Positions 20,021 through 31,158 are shown, counted from the first letter of the stretch. The stretch is 64,000 nt of DNA from Candidatus Dadabacteria bacterium (GCA_963805855.1 CAWDVW010000002.1:320001-384000); one strand, 5' to 3'. Notes: generated from the sequence alone by a model not told the origin. Numbers and translations are program-made.

Positions 20021-20197
20021 CGCGAGGCAATAGACGGCATCAGGAAAACGAGTCACTGCTTTTTCAAACTGGCTTATCATTGCTTCAAGTTTTGTCATAG
20101 GCGTCGAAGTGCACAGAATAACTGCCAAGCCTTAGTGTTTCTTGCGAGTTGGTAACTCGGTCACTTGTTTCACCTCAGCGACTTTTTCCTCATCAGG

Positions 20198-20338
20198 GGG
20201 ATCTGATCCTGGTGGTAACCTATGTAGTGGTGGTTTTTCCGATTCTGGTAAAAGGTCTCCGCCTGGGGGAAACTAGTTGACTAGGCTGAATCCCGAAAGT
20301 AGGCTTAGTTTTTGTCATCGTTGTAAATGTTAGATATT
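20198..20338 (+). repeat. Degenerate direct copy of the antiporter gene 3' end and downstream flank (16051-16190)
   Basis: gggatctgatcctggt.gtaacctatgt.gtggtggt...gattctggta.aaggtct...aagtagg...gttaga.att shared. Confidence 0.85.
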
Positions 20339-20388
20339 ACTTGCACAAGATCTCTAAGAGTATCTCTGCACTCATCTTAATTTTTTTC

Positions 20389-20544
20389 TGGCTAAGATAG
20401 TGGAAAAGTGAAAGAGAGCTAAGTTATGAACTGGACAAGTGGGTTGAATATTACAACAGGAATTATCTTCATTCTGTACATGGTTACCGTACACCGGTTC
20501 GAGCGGAAAAGGATTATTACAAAAAAGAGGAAATATTCTACTAA
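20389..20544 (+). pseudogene. IS3-family transposase C-terminal remnant
   Basis: Translates WLR*WKSERELSYELDKWVEYYNRNYLHSVHGYRTP (integrase-core YN....HS..GY.TP) with an in-frame stop. Confidence 0.7.
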
Positions 20545-20690
20545 ATTCCGCTTAATTGTCAGATTGCAATACAAATATTTGTAGAATACGCTAGTTTGTT
20601 ATGCTAAACTTGATTACCAAAACTAATTAGTACTTATTCGTTTTCAACATCATTGATTAAATAATATGGATAATAAAGGAGTAGAATACG

Positions 20691-22082
20691 ATGCAAAAAC
20701 TAATGTTATGCATAGGGCTCATGCTGGCGCTTATTGTCATGGCAGTTGCAGCTCACGCACAAGATACCAATAATCTGAGTCCTGAGGAGGCAGAAGCCAT
20801 AGCGAAGGAAGCATTCATATATGGATACCCGATGGTGGAGAACTATAAGACCATGTACGGATATGCCGTCGACAAGGACAGCTCACAATACAAGGCGCCG
20901 TTCAATCAGATTTACAACGCTCCAGGGGTTTATACTCCGCAGGACACAACCATTGTCAGCCCAAACAGTGACACTCCATATTCGTTTCTCTGGGCCGACT
21001 TGCGAGCGGAGCCTCTGGTATTGGGCGTACCGCAAATCGAAAAAGACCGATACTACTCTCTCCAGTTCATCGACCTCTATACATACAATTTCGCCTACGT
21101 TGGCACCGCTACCACAGGAAACGGTGAGGGCAAGTTCCTTCTGGCGGGCCCCAACTGGAAGGGTGAGAAACCAGAAGGTGTTAAAGAGGTTATTCGAGCA
21201 GATACTGATTTTGTCTTCGTCGGCTATCGTACCCAGCTCTTCAACCCCGAAGACTTGGACAATGTTAAGAAAATTCAAGCTGGCTACACAGTGCAACCTC
21301 TGAGCCAGTTCCTGGATGAACCATCCCCGCCAGCGCCTCCGAAGATAGATTTCCCGCCATACAGTCCGGATAAGGTCAGGACGCTTGAGTTCTTCGACTA
21401 TCTCAACTTCCTATTACAGTTCTGCCCGACTGTCACAGGCGATAAAGAAGCGCGCGCGAAGTTTGCCGAGATAGGCATAGCACCCGGTAAACCATTTAAT
21501 TCTGACAGCTTCTCAGAAGATATGAAAAAAGCTCTTGAATCCGGTATGGCCGCTGGCATGAAGGCCATAAATGAGAAGGCGGCGACGGAGAAATCGTCTG
21601 CTGACCTGTTTGGTACCCGTAAGTTTATGAAGAACAACTACCTGAACCGCGCAGTAGGGGCCAAGATGGGTATCTACGGCAACTCAAAGGGCGAAGCATT
21701 TTACTTCGTCTGGCTAACTGATTCTGACGGTAATAAGCTTAACGGTCAGGGAAACCGTTATACACTTACATTCGATAAAGGCAAACTGCCCCCGGTCAAT
21801 GCGTTTTGGTCGGTCACGATGTATAACGGCAAAACCCAGCTTCTGGTTGCGAACCCTATTAAGCGGTATTTGATAAATTCACCGATGGTACCCGATTTGA
21901 AGCGTGATGCTGATGGTAACCTGACCATCTACATACAGAAAGACTCGCCGGGCAAGGATAAGGAGTCCAATTGGCTGCCGGCTCCAGATGGACCTATATA
22001 TATGGTACTTAGGTGCTACTGGCCGAAGGAAGGCATACTCGACGGGGACTGGAAACTACCTCCGGTCGAGCGGGTCGATTAG
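20691..22082 (+). CDS. Secreted DUF1254/DUF1214 domain protein
   Basis: Signal peptide, EAFIYGYP, PNSDTPYS, PPVNAFWSVTMY, NWLPAP. Confidence 0.88.
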   Translation: MQKLMLCIGLMLALIVMAVAAHAQDTNNLSPEEAEAIAKEAFIYGYPMVENYKTMYGYAVDKDSSQYKAPFNQIYNAPGVYTPQDTTIVSPNSDTPYSFLWADLRAEPLVLGVPQIEKDRYYSLQFIDLYTYNFAYVGTATTGNGEGKFLLAGPNWKGEKPEGVKEVIRADTDFVFVGYRTQLFNPEDLDNVKKIQAGYTVQPLSQFLDEPSPPAPPKIDFPPYSPDKVRTLEFFDYLNFLLQFCPTVTGDKEARAKFAEIGIAPGKPFNSDSFSEDMKKALESGMAAGMKAINEKAATEKSSADLFGTRKFMKNNYLNRAVGAKMGIYGNSKGEAFYFVWLTDSDGNKLNGQGNRYTLTFDKGKLPPVNAFWSVTMYNGKTQLLVANPIKRYLINSPMVPDLKRDADGNLTIYIQKDSPGKDKESNWLPAPDGPIYMVLRCYWPKEGILDGDWKLPPVERVD

Positions 22083-22227
22083 CTAACCACATCAATATAT
22101 CACTACAATTGTTACGGGGAAAATTTACCTGCGCACTTATATTGGAACATAGGCGAAGTTAGAATAGTTATATAGTTGTTTCGGCTTGAGGAAAACTCCA
22201 GTAGTTACCAATCCAACTTAAACCTAT

Positions 22228-22250
22228 CTTGACAAAAGGGGTGCAGTACA
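22228..22250 (+). mobile_element. Orphan IS3/IS150-like terminal inverted repeat
   Basis: CTTGACAAAAGGGGTGCAGTACA (reverse complement TGTACTGCACCCC...); related copy at 23088-23110. Confidence 0.55.
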
Positions 22251-22455
22251 TGCGACAACTTCAATTATCTACACATCGTTTTCGACATAACACTTAAAAA
22301 GTCCAGCCTTGAAATGGTTCCTCATACAGGTTTACAATCGAACTAGGATGACACTTCAGGATCACATAAGGACATAGAGATTCAGATACGCCATCAAAGC
22401 AACCCTTACGCCTAGAAGATGTGGAAGCTAGACTCCACACTCCTCTCAATGATCG

Positions 22456-22974
22456 TTATATCCTTTCTCTCCTTGTCAATAATGTCCATTCGGAAAGATA
22501 TGATACAAAGATCGCAACCCCTGTTCCGATACCTGATTCCACAAACCGCAGGCCAGCATTCAGGAACGGGTTCAAATCATGCCTCATTGTTGAAACGATC
22601 ATAACAACAGAAATAGTAACTCCAGTTAGCTTAATATGTTTCGGTAACCGAAGTAGGTGACAAACCGACGCCCCTATACCGATGCAAACGGAATATCCGA
22701 CGACCGTGAACGGAAAATAAAACAGATAGATACCACTCACGACGGATCCGATCAATGAGCCAACAATTCTAAATTTAGCAGACCGAAGTGTATCCTCCCG
22801 TGTACTCTCTAGGACGATAATACCCGATATCACGGACCAGAGGCCACCTATTGCAGATGTTGCCTCGTTGAAAAGTCCTGTAAAATAAAATGCACATAAG
22901 TAAGAAAATAGGGCAATGACCATATTCCATATGCTCACAGAAACGATGCTTTTATTTATCATAGGATTCTCCAA
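22456..22974 (-). CDS. FUSC/aromatic-acid-exporter-like small membrane protein
   Basis: GGLWSVISGIIVL, RIVGSLIG, LRFVESGIG. Confidence 0.7.
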   Translation of the reverse strand: MENPMINKSIVSVSIWNMVIALFSYLCAFYFTGLFNEATSAIGGLWSVISGIIVLESTREDTLRSAKFRIVGSLIGSVVSGIYLFYFPFTVVGYSVCIGIGASVCHLLRLPKHIKLTGVTISVVMIVSTMRHDLNPFLNAGLRFVESGIGTGVAIFVSYLSEWTLLTRRERI

Positions 22975-23133
22975 ATTAGATATTTTAAATTGATGATCTC
23001 CTGAATTTAATTTGGGGCGTAAGTCGCTACACGAACTATGTTATGTTGATAATGACTACTGATTAAAAGATTTTCAACCAATCTTAGCTTGACAAAAGTG
23101 GAGCAGTCCATACATTACCCCCGCTGAGCCCGT

Positions 23134-23769
23134 ATGAAACTTAAAGGTCTAAGGTCAATGCTTGGCAGCGGAAATATTAAATACACGGCAACCTATTGGT
23201 TGCTACTCATAACCTTTATCATAATCGTAGTTATCTTTTACTATGTCATGCTCGACCATTACACCCCATATACACGCACCCCTTACGTCCGGGCTTACGT
23301 CACACAGATAGCACCACAGGTAGAGGGCCCTGTCACAAAAATATATGTAAAGAATGATTCATATGTCGAGAACAGGCAACCCCTTCTTGAAATAGATTAC
23401 CGTCCCTACAGCTATAAGGTAAAACAATTACAGGCAAAACTCGTAAAAACCAGACAGAATGCCGAAGTGAGCATAGCTTTATACCCTGGTAAGATATTTA
23501 AGGCAAAGGTTGAGAGTCTTGACTGGGGAGTGAGCGCTGGTCAGGGAACACCATCAGGCGAGCTGCCGCTGGTTAAAAACCCCCAAAATTGGTTCAAGCT
23601 TGCTCAAAGATTTCCAGTTCGTTTGCAACTCACAAACCTGGATTCGGATTATGCATTACGGATCGGAGGTTCAACAAGTGTAACAGTCGATACTGGAGGG
23701 GGATTCATCTTGAACGGTTTAGCAAGACTATGGCTTCGAATCGGAAGCTACGTGAATTACATCTACTGA
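23134..23769 (+). CDS. HlyD/AaeA-like membrane fusion protein with large internal in-frame deletion (possibly non-functional)
   Basis: IAPQVEG.V..IYV, PGKIFKAKVESL, WFKLAQRFPVR; coiled-coil hairpin largely missing. Confidence 0.7.
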   Translation: MKLKGLRSMLGSGNIKYTATYWLLLITFIIIVVIFYYVMLDHYTPYTRTPYVRAYVTQIAPQVEGPVTKIYVKNDSYVENRQPLLEIDYRPYSYKVKQLQAKLVKTRQNAEVSIALYPGKIFKAKVESLDWGVSAGQGTPSGELPLVKNPQNWFKLAQRFPVRLQLTNLDSDYALRIGGSTSVTVDTGGGFILNGLARLWLRIGSYVNYIY

Positions 23770-23866
23770 TTATGATGAATATTAAAGCAAGGTGTAAGTT
23801 TTCAGACTGTAAAGAGATAAGCCTAGCACTCGAATGTTTCAGCCGAGTGACATGTGGGAACAGGGA

Positions 23867-24008
23867 CTGGATTCCCGCCAACACTTGTCCTCGAAGTCCT
23901 TGATCGGGGAATCCGCGGGAATGACCGTCCGTTTGTCATCCCCGAGGACTTTAAGCGGGGATCCACAAACAAAAGCATGGATTCCCGCTTACATACTGCG
24001 GGAACGAT
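23867..24008. repeat. Cluster of GGATTCCCGC...GCGGGAATGAC palindromic repeats
   Basis: Three hairpins; related copies at 37071-37130 and 47309-47340. Confidence 0.75.
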
Positions 24009-24081
24009 AATGGAATGCTCGTAGCAAACTATATGAAGATATTAAGTTAAGTATAATAAAATAGTATTCGAATTTAACGTT

Positions 24082-26331
24082 ATGCAGAAACAATTAAATA
24101 GTTCAAATATTGATCCTAAGAATACGAAAAGACTGCTGATTCCGGACATGAGCTGTGCAAGCTGCGTTGAAGCGGTGGAGGGCGGATTGCGGTCTGTCCC
24201 CGGTGTTAAAGAGGCGAATGTGAATTTTGCCGACCGCACGGCGATGGTAACCGGTGATGCCTCGGCTGAAGACCTTGTTCAGGCGGTAACTAAAGCCGGA
24301 TACACGGCTAGCCTGATCGAGGATTCTCAGGGAGACTTGGATAAGGACGAGGCAGAGATAGAACACTACAGGCAGCTTTTGAGAGAGACACTAGTATCAG
24401 CGGCTATTGGCGCAGTAATTCTATTTGTAATGTTGTTCGTTCTGCTTCCACCTCTGACTGAGCCCAGAGGTAAGCTTGTGGGCGGTGCGCTCTCAATATT
24501 AACTCTGTTTGTCCTGGTATATGTTGGCGGCAACTTCTTCACAGGGGCGTGGAAATCCTTCAGGAACCGTTCAGCAAATATGGATACATTAATCGCCCTG
24601 GGGACCGGCATAGCCTGGGTATATTCGACCTTTATCATCATTTTCCCCTTTGCCGTTTCTGAGGGGGCGCGGCATCTTTACTTCGACACGGCCGTTATCA
24701 TAATCACGCTGATCAAGCTCGGCTCAGCGCTTGAGATGCGCGCAAGGGGCAAGACCTCTCAAGCCATAAAGCGACTCATAGGACTTCAACCAAAGACCGC
24801 ACGCGTGATCCGGGAGGGTGAGGAAAGAGACATAGCTATCGATCAGGTCCTTGTCGACGATATCGTTCGAGTCCGCCCAGGGGAGAAGATACCGGTCGAC
24901 GGCGTTATCGTTGAAGGTCGCTCCACTGTGGACGAATCCATGTTGACGGGCGAACCCATCCCCGTCGAGAAAAATTCAGGCGACGAAGTCGTCGCAGGAA
25001 CATTTAATAAGCTTGGAACATTCACGTTCAAGGCTACCAGGGTGGGGAAAGACACCGCTTTAGCTCGCATAATCGAGCTTGTGCGAAAGGCACAGAATAC
25101 CAAGCCGGTGATTGGCCGTTTGGTCGACAGGGTAGCGAGTGTTTTCGTCCCTGCGGTGTTGATCGTTGCGGTGCTAACGGCGATGATCTGGCTTAACTTC
25201 GGCCCTGATCCAAAATCTACATTCATGCTGGTCACGGCTATGTCGGTTTTAATCATCGCGTGTCCCTGTGCACTGGGATTGGCTACACCGATCTCTATAA
25301 TGGTCGGGGTGGGAAAGGCGGCGGAGTACGGCGTTTTGATACGCAAGGGCGATTCATTGCAACAATCGGGTCAATTGACCACGATCGTCCTGGATAAGAC
25401 CGGAACCATTACCGAGGGAAGACCTTCCGTCACCGCAATAGAACCACTATCCGGCTGGAGCGAAACGCAAATCCTGCAGATAGCGGCCAGCGTGGAGGTC
25501 GGTTCCGAACACCCCTTGGCGCAATCTATCATAGAATCCGCAAGAAACCAGGATGTAAAGCTAGAACCGGTTGAATCTTTCGAAGCGATAGCGGGACACG
25601 GCGTTAAAGCAAATCTAAAGGGGCAAACCATACTATTCGGCAATCGAAAACTTATGGAGGAAAATGGCATCGACCTATTCTCTTTACCTGAGAAAGCCGA
25701 TGAGCTGGCGAAATATGGGCAAACGTGCATGTATCTGGCAGTAGACGGCACTGCCGCTGGAATTGTAGCCATATCAGATCCGGTCAAGGCCGATTCAAAG
25801 GCGGCCATCAGGAGATTACATAATCTCGGATTAAAGGTCGTAATGCTGACGGGAGATAATAAAGCAACGGCAAGTGCAGTGGCGAAGCAAACAGGCATTG
25901 ACGAGGTGATTGCAGACGTATTGCCGGAAGATAAATCAAAAGAGGTCACAAAACTGCAGCAAAGGGGGGAACACGTCGGTATGGTCGGCGATGGAATAAA
26001 CGATGCGCCCGCGCTGGCGAGTGCAGATGTGGGTTTTGCCATAGGTAGTGGGACCGACGTCGCTATCGAAAGCGCAGACATCACATTGATGCGGGGATCA
26101 TTACACGGTGTTGCAGATGCTATCAACATATCTAAAGCAACGCTTCGAAACATAAAAGAAAACCTTTTTGGGGCTTTTATCTATAATGTAATAGCGATTC
26201 CAATTGCAGCGGGGTTATTATATCCATTCACAGGTTTACTACTGAGCCCGATTATAGCAGGCGCTGCAATGGCGATGTCATCGGTAACGGTAGTGAGCAA
26301 CGCCAATCGTCTTCGCTGGTTCAAGGCATGA
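24082..26331 (+). CDS. copA: Copper-translocating P1B-type ATPase
   Basis: MSCASC HMA domain, [28 protein letters not shown] and MAMSS. Confidence 0.95.
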   Translation: MQKQLNSSNIDPKNTKRLLIPDMSCASCVEAVEGGLRSVPGVKEANVNFADRTAMVTGDASAEDLVQAVTKAGYTASLIEDSQGDLDKDEAEIEHYRQLLRETLVSAAIGAVILFVMLFVLLPPLTEPRGKLVGGALSILTLFVLVYVGGNFFTGAWKSFRNRSANMDTLIALGTGIAWVYSTFIIIFPFAVSEGARHLYFDTAVIIITLIKLGSALEMRARGKTSQAIKRLIGLQPKTARVIREGEERDIAIDQVLVDDIVRVRPGEKIPVDGVIVEGRSTVDESMLTGEPIPVEKNSGDEVVAGTFNKLGTFTFKATRVGKDTALARIIELVRKAQNTKPVIGRLVDRVASVFVPAVLIVAVLTAMIWLNFGPDPKSTFMLVTAMSVLIIACPCALGLATPISIMVGVGKAAEYGVLIRKGDSLQQSGQLTTIVLDKTGTITEGRPSVTAIEPLSGWSETQILQIAASVEVGSEHPLAQSIIESARNQDVKLEPVESFEAIAGHGVKANLKGQTILFGNRKLMEENGIDLFSLPEKADELAKYGQTCMYLAVDGTAAGIVAISDPVKADSKAAIRRLHNLGLKVVMLTGDNKATASAVAKQTGIDEVIADVLPEDKSKEVTKLQQRGEHVGMVGDGINDAPALASADVGFAIGSGTDVAIESADITLMRGSLHGVADAINISKATLRNIKENLFGAFIYNVIAIPIAAGLLYPFTGLLLSPIIAGAAMAMSSVTVVSNANRLRWFKA

Positions 26332-26335
26332 AAAA

Positions 26336-26701
26336 ATGAGCGCATTTTTAATAAATATCGCGGGCATTATACTGATAGTTTTTATCGTATGGTGGTTCTG
26401 GCTATCCAAAAAGGGCGCCGGAACCGCAGTACAGGGTAATTCAATCGATATAATAGTCGATGGCGGAGTTTATGACCCCGGTGAAATACACACTAAGGTC
26501 GGGAAACCGACTACTTTAAGATTCATAAGGAAAGACAGCAGTCCCTGTGCCGAAAAGGTAATATTTTCCGACCTGGGTATAAGCGCCGATCTACCCATTG
26601 GCAAACCCTACGAACTTACCATAACACCCAAAAAAGCTGGTGAGTTTGATTTTACATGCCAGATGGCAATGTACCGCGGAAAGCTAATCGTCGAGGAGTA
26701 G
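26336..26701 (+). CDS. Membrane-anchored cupredoxin (CupA-like)
   Basis: N-terminal TM, PCAEKV, FTCQMAMYRG; directly after copA. Confidence 0.85.
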   Translation: MSAFLINIAGIILIVFIVWWFWLSKKGAGTAVQGNSIDIIVDGGVYDPGEIHTKVGKPTTLRFIRKDSSPCAEKVIFSDLGISADLPIGKPYELTITPKKAGEFDFTCQMAMYRGKLIVEE

Positions 26702-27079
26702 GAAACACACCCCTGCGTTTCCTACCTTTTGACAGAACAACAACAAGACCAGTGAACAACCCTACACAAATTTTCATATCCTATCTGGGGTGGGTCACGA
26801 GTCTTGCTCGCGACATCATAGCCAGACACTAGCAAGACTCGTGGTCTTTGCAATTCATATTATCAAATTATAATTGCAGCGCCGCACCTCTGTGTTCGCC
26901 CATAAAATGGGGCACAAGAAGGAGTCTGTGCCTACATTTTCCTATATCTATAGCAGGATAAAGGTGGGGGTAAGTCTCATGGCAATTTGTGAAACGATCC
27001 ATTTATTAGTGGAGGACTGAAGTCCTCCGCTACATTACTGAGATTGCCCAGACACGTCTGTTCTTGCCTAGACATATCT

Positions 27080-27505
27080 TTATGCTCTATGTCTAAATAT
27101 TGGTACCGCAGTTTTCTGGGCTGCTGCTCTTAAACCTTTGTCTAAAGTAGCAAGTGGAAGTCCTTTTCTCATTGCAAGATCAAGATATGAAGCATCATAA
27201 CTTGAGAGTCTGTACTCTCGCGCTAATGTAAGGGTTCTTAACATCATCTCTTCTGATTGCCCTTCCTCCACTGTAATAGGTAGTTGATTTAAAAGCGTCA
27301 AAAATCGCACGCTATCAGCTTCGCTTAGACGCTTCGTCCGTTCAGCTACCAACAAAACGTTTACAACTTCCAAGGGCCAAACAGTAGGAACGACGGCACT
27401 TGATTTCTGCAGACTGTCCAAAACCATGTCAGCGTATTTATTGGATTCGTCTTTAAAACACCAAGACATAACCACAGAATTGTCAATAACAAGAATTTCA
27501 GCCAA
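27080..27505 (-). CDS. vapC: VapC/PIN toxin
   Basis: VIDNSV, WPLEVVN, LSSYDASYL, LATLD. Confidence 0.92.
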   Translation of the reverse strand: MAEILVIDNSVVMSWCFKDESNKYADMVLDSLQKSSAVVPTVWPLEVVNVLLVAERTKRLSEADSVRFLTLLNQLPITVEEGQSEEMMLRTLTLAREYRLSSYDASYLDLAMRKGLPLATLDKGLRAAAQKTAVPIFRHRA

Positions 27506-27745
27506 TTATCGCCTGCCTGCCTCGATCATTTCACGGATAGTAACACCTCTAAGGACGTGTTTGTCACGAAACTTACGTAACTCAGCGATAATAAGTTTGG
27601 GATCAGCTTTTTTTAAAGCCTCAGCAGGCTGCAATATAGCGACCGGTACTCCATGTTTTGTGATGACAAATCGTTCCCCCTTGATAACCCTATCGAGTAA
27701 TTTGGGTAAATGTGTTTTAGCCTCATATGCTCCGACTGTTTTCAT
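27506..27745 (-). CDS. Phd/YefM antitoxin
   Basis: MKTVGAYEAKTHLPKLLDRV..GE..VITKHG.PVA. Confidence 0.92.
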   Translation of the reverse strand: MKTVGAYEAKTHLPKLLDRVIKGERFVITKHGVPVAILQPAEALKKADPKLIIAELRKFRDKHVLRGVTIREMIEAGRR

Positions 27746-27755
27746 GATATACCTC

Positions 27756-27776
27756 AGACTAGTTTTAGACTAGTCT
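27756..27776. promoter_or_regulatory. Probable autoregulatory operator of the phd-vapC operon
   Basis: AGACTAGT-ttt-AGACTAGTCT (direct repeat and palindrome) just upstream of the antitoxin RBS. Confidence 0.6.
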
Positions 27777-27986
27777 ATCGGTCTTATCATGATTTGTCAA
27801 ACAAGTTAAATGTATGGGCTGATGACCCATGAGCCCAGCTTGTAGGCACGAATTTATTCGTGCACCTTTTAATGCACGTGCAAGGGGTAGGTCACGAGTC
27901 CCCTCGACTAAACTCGGGACAGGCTTGCTCGTGACATCATGAGCATCGTTAAAAAGAGACCAGACGCAATCTGGTAACTCTTTTCG

Positions 27987-28613
27987 TCAACTAACAGATT
28001 TCTCCCCCTTATTAATAGGGTTAGCAGATGGCATCATGATACCTCCCTCGCCACCAAGCATCTCCCCTCTTCCCAATAGAAACCAGCGCCCGACCAGAGC
28101 TGCGCTCACCGCGTCCAGCTCGTCGCTTGTTGTAGTGTCTGCCAATCCTTTGATTCCAAGCCGCACCAGTCCAACTCTTAGTCCAGCAATGTTCTTATGC
28201 TGCCTGGGAATCCTCCACACATCTTGCGCTCCACCTGGAAGGCATTCGACCGCGCGATAGCCCATCGTCTCAATCTTCGATTTCAGCGCCATGCCGCGCT
28301 CCGTCAACATTCGCATTGGACCGAGCGTGATCGGAAAGAATCGGATACCACGCCGTAGTAATTCGCGGTCGCAATCACGAAAATGCTCACCCTCGCGGTC
28401 GTGGATTGTCTTTCGTCCGTTGGGCAAACTAAGCGGAGCGTCTATTGTAACCAGAACTGGCTTTGCGAGATCTATTGATTGTAATATCTGTTCATCGGTG
28501 AATGCAATGAATGTTTCCGCCTTCATTCCACGAAGGACGCACACACCCGTTGGACGACGCAGAGATCCCGCAAGGTCTACTCCGACAACGATAAAAGGCT
28601 TCCGACTCGACAT
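27987..28613 (-). CDS. DUF429 family predicted nuclease (RNase H-like fold)
   Basis: VGVDLAG, IDAPLSLP, RDCD, AVECLP, DELDA. Confidence 0.8.
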   Translation of the reverse strand: MSSRKPFIVVGVDLAGSLRRPTGVCVLRGMKAETFIAFTDEQILQSIDLAKPVLVTIDAPLSLPNGRKTIHDREGEHFRDCDRELLRRGIRFFPITLGPMRMLTERGMALKSKIETMGYRAVECLPGGAQDVWRIPRQHKNIAGLRVGLVRLGIKGLADTTTSDELDAVSAALVGRWFLLGRGEMLGGEGGIMMPSANPINKGEKSVS

Positions 28614-28671
28614 GATGATTCTATTTTAGCCCCGCACGTAGCACGAACTGAATCCAAATGACATCCGCTAA

Positions 28672-28751
28672 TTATTCAGCCCAAGGCCCAAAACAATTAT
28701 ATTTCTAAATCTTGTTGTATTATATTCACATGTAGATTAAGCTTAAGTCAA
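28672..28751 (+). repeat. 80-bp direct repeat, copy 1 (copy 2 at 31079-31158)
   Basis: ttattcag.ccaaggcccaaa.caattat..ttctaaatc.tg.tgtattatattcacatg..gattaa.ct.aagtcaa in both copies. Confidence 0.85.
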
Positions 28752-28875
28752 ACCTTATAAGAGACTGTATTGCCTTACTCCTGTCAAGGCCGGTTTAAAT
28801 GGAGAAACTACTTCTTGACATTACATTATCTTGATGAAATAATGGCAAGATAAGATTTTTTATCCATAACATAAG

Positions 28876-31026
28876 TTGAATAATAATATAAACGCGAAGG
28901 AAGGTTTGGGAAATCCCATCCAAAACAAGGTTCTAATGTTTAGTTATTCTCACCAGATTATCTTGCGCGTTGCCCTGTTCGTGGCACTGCTACCGTTGGG
29001 ACTTCCAATATTCTCCTGCACGACAGGAGATAATACCTTAACCGAGCTAAGCGGTTTTGTTGAAAGCGGCGATCAACCTATCCACTTATCCACCATCACA
29101 CTCTACAGTACGGGGACGGGGGAAGGGCCCCAAGTATTGGGTGAGGCACAAAACGACGCCAGTGGTTTCTTCAGTATTTCCTACCGTACGCCATCAGATC
29201 CTAACGCGGTTTTGTACCTGATTGCCGATAGCCCTGTAATTAACTCGCCTCAGCTAAACCAAGTAACTAACTTAAATTTTATTCGCTTGGCCACGGTCCT
29301 CGGGACACCGCCCGTACCGTCGGAGATTGTCATCAACGAGCGGACGACCATTGCCACAGCATATGCAATGGCTCAATTCATCACCCCAACCGGAATTGAT
29401 GGAACGGTGCCTGGTCTCCAGAACGCAGCTGCAACCGCGCACAATCTGGTAGACCCGACAAACGCCAACATAGGGTCAGTGCTTGACAGCTTTCCTAATG
29501 GGGCGAGTACGTCGACTCGTGCTACTTTCAATGCGCTTGCCAACATGTTGGCCTCTTGCGTGCGCTCAGACACCAATTGCGATTCGCTCTTTAACCTGGC
29601 GACACCACCGGAGGGGGTGTCACCTGCTAATACCCTGCAAGCCGCAGTGAATATTGCCCACTTTCCATGGCAAAATGTGATGGAGCTTTTTGCATTGTCA
29701 CAGGAAGAAATAGTTTACGAGCCTGCCCTTACTTCGGACGCTGAGTTAAATGCATGGACGCTTGCTCTAAGATATGACGGGAACGGCTCAGAGCTGAATG
29801 GCCCAGGCAATATAGCTTTTGATGCGGCCGGAAATGCCTGGATAGTCAACAACTATGTGTTTGTATTAAACCCACTGGACCCGGAAGGTAAGGCATGTGG
29901 CGACACACACCTTCTCAGGTTTACTCCGACAGGTGAGGATTTTCCTGGAGCTCCGTATCAAGGCGGTGGTGTCTATGGTGCAGGATATGGTGTTACTCTT
30001 GATCCCGACGGGAATGTTTGGGTAGGTAACTTTGGCTTTCAGGGCACCAACTGTCCTCTCGACTTTGAAGAGCTGTCGCAAACCGTTTCAGAATTTGCGG
30101 GCGACGGCACGCCTATTTCGCCCGACAGCCAGGGGAATGAAATGGGCCAGGATCACGGGGGCTTTCAGGGAGCCGGTAACACTATTCGGCAGCCTCAAGG
30201 TACCGTTTCCGACAGGGATGGGAACATCTGGATAGCCAACTGTAGCGGTAAAAGTGTTACCCAGTTTCCGGGAGGCAACCCCGACGAGGCCTTTGCCATT
30301 TCCCCGGTTGATGATATGGACAACCCTCTCCTTTTTAAGCCATTTGATATTGCTATTGACCTCAAGGGAAACGCCTGGGTTACCAGCAACGGCAACCACA
30401 GCATTTTCGCATTTGACCCTAATGGGAATCTAATATACTCCCTTACCGGAACCGCTGCAAGAGACGCAGGTATATTTTTGCCCATGGGTATTGCAAGTGA
30501 TAGCCTGGGTAATATATGGGTTGCAAACTCAGGCATTACTCATATAGCTTGCGACGGTACAGACTTACCTACAATGATTGAGATTCTCGCAATCACCCTT
30601 GACCCTGATTTCGACGGAAGAAACGCCTCTGTAACGATGATTCAGCCCGACGGAGCTCCAGCTGAAGGTACACCCTTCAAAGGCGGCGGACTCCTAGTAC
30701 CATGGGGGATCGCCGTGGACGGAAATGATAATGTATGGGTGGCCAATTTCCAGGGGAGGGCTGTATCTGAAATATGCGGTGCCAGGCCCGAAAACTGCCC
30801 CCCCGGATTTAAGACAGGAGACCCCATTTCTCCAGACGGCGGCTACTTTTTTAACGGCCTGGTGCGCAACACTGGTGTGCAAATCGACCCTTCGGGAAAT
30901 GTGTGGCTCGCCAACAACTGGGAAATTATCGCCGTCCCGGAAAATCCCGGTGGCCATGAGATGGTGGTTTTTATCGGCCTGGCAAAACCGGTTCAGACCC
31001 CTTTAATCGGCCCTCCAAATAAATAA
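28876..31026 (+). CDS. Secreted/lipoprotein NHL-repeat beta-propeller protein
   Basis: Repeated P.GIA.D..GN.WVAN blades; IFSC possible lipobox. Confidence 0.8.
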   Translation: MNNNINAKEGLGNPIQNKVLMFSYSHQIILRVALFVALLPLGLPIFSCTTGDNTLTELSGFVESGDQPIHLSTITLYSTGTGEGPQVLGEAQNDASGFFSISYRTPSDPNAVLYLIADSPVINSPQLNQVTNLNFIRLATVLGTPPVPSEIVINERTTIATAYAMAQFITPTGIDGTVPGLQNAAATAHNLVDPTNANIGSVLDSFPNGASTSTRATFNALANMLASCVRSDTNCDSLFNLATPPEGVSPANTLQAAVNIAHFPWQNVMELFALSQEEIVYEPALTSDAELNAWTLALRYDGNGSELNGPGNIAFDAAGNAWIVNNYVFVLNPLDPEGKACGDTHLLRFTPTGEDFPGAPYQGGGVYGAGYGVTLDPDGNVWVGNFGFQGTNCPLDFEELSQTVSEFAGDGTPISPDSQGNEMGQDHGGFQGAGNTIRQPQGTVSDRDGNIWIANCSGKSVTQFPGGNPDEAFAISPVDDMDNPLLFKPFDIAIDLKGNAWVTSNGNHSIFAFDPNGNLIYSLTGTAARDAGIFLPMGIASDSLGNIWVANSGITHIACDGTDLPTMIEILAITLDPDFDGRNASVTMIQPDGAPAEGTPFKGGGLLVPWGIAVDGNDNVWVANFQGRAVSEICGARPENCPPGFKTGDPISPDGGYFFNGLVRNTGVQIDPSGNVWLANNWEIIAVPENPGGHEMVVFIGLAKPVQTPLIGPPNK

Positions 31027-31078
31027 ATCGCCTAATTAAGGCCGTCGCTAGCTTCGAAAAAAGGGTGGGGTCGGGCTT

Positions 31079-31158
31079 TTATTCAGTCCAAGGCCCAAAG
31101 CAATTATGCTTCTAAATCCTGGTGTATTATATTCACATGCCGATTAAACTGAAGTCAA
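31079..31158 (+). repeat. 80-bp direct repeat, copy 2
   Basis: Matches 28672-28751. Confidence 0.85.

Noticed and set aside
25371-26153. 260-aa minus-strand ORF and similar overlapping ORFs in the track
   Set aside because: Antisense to well-supported genes such as copA.
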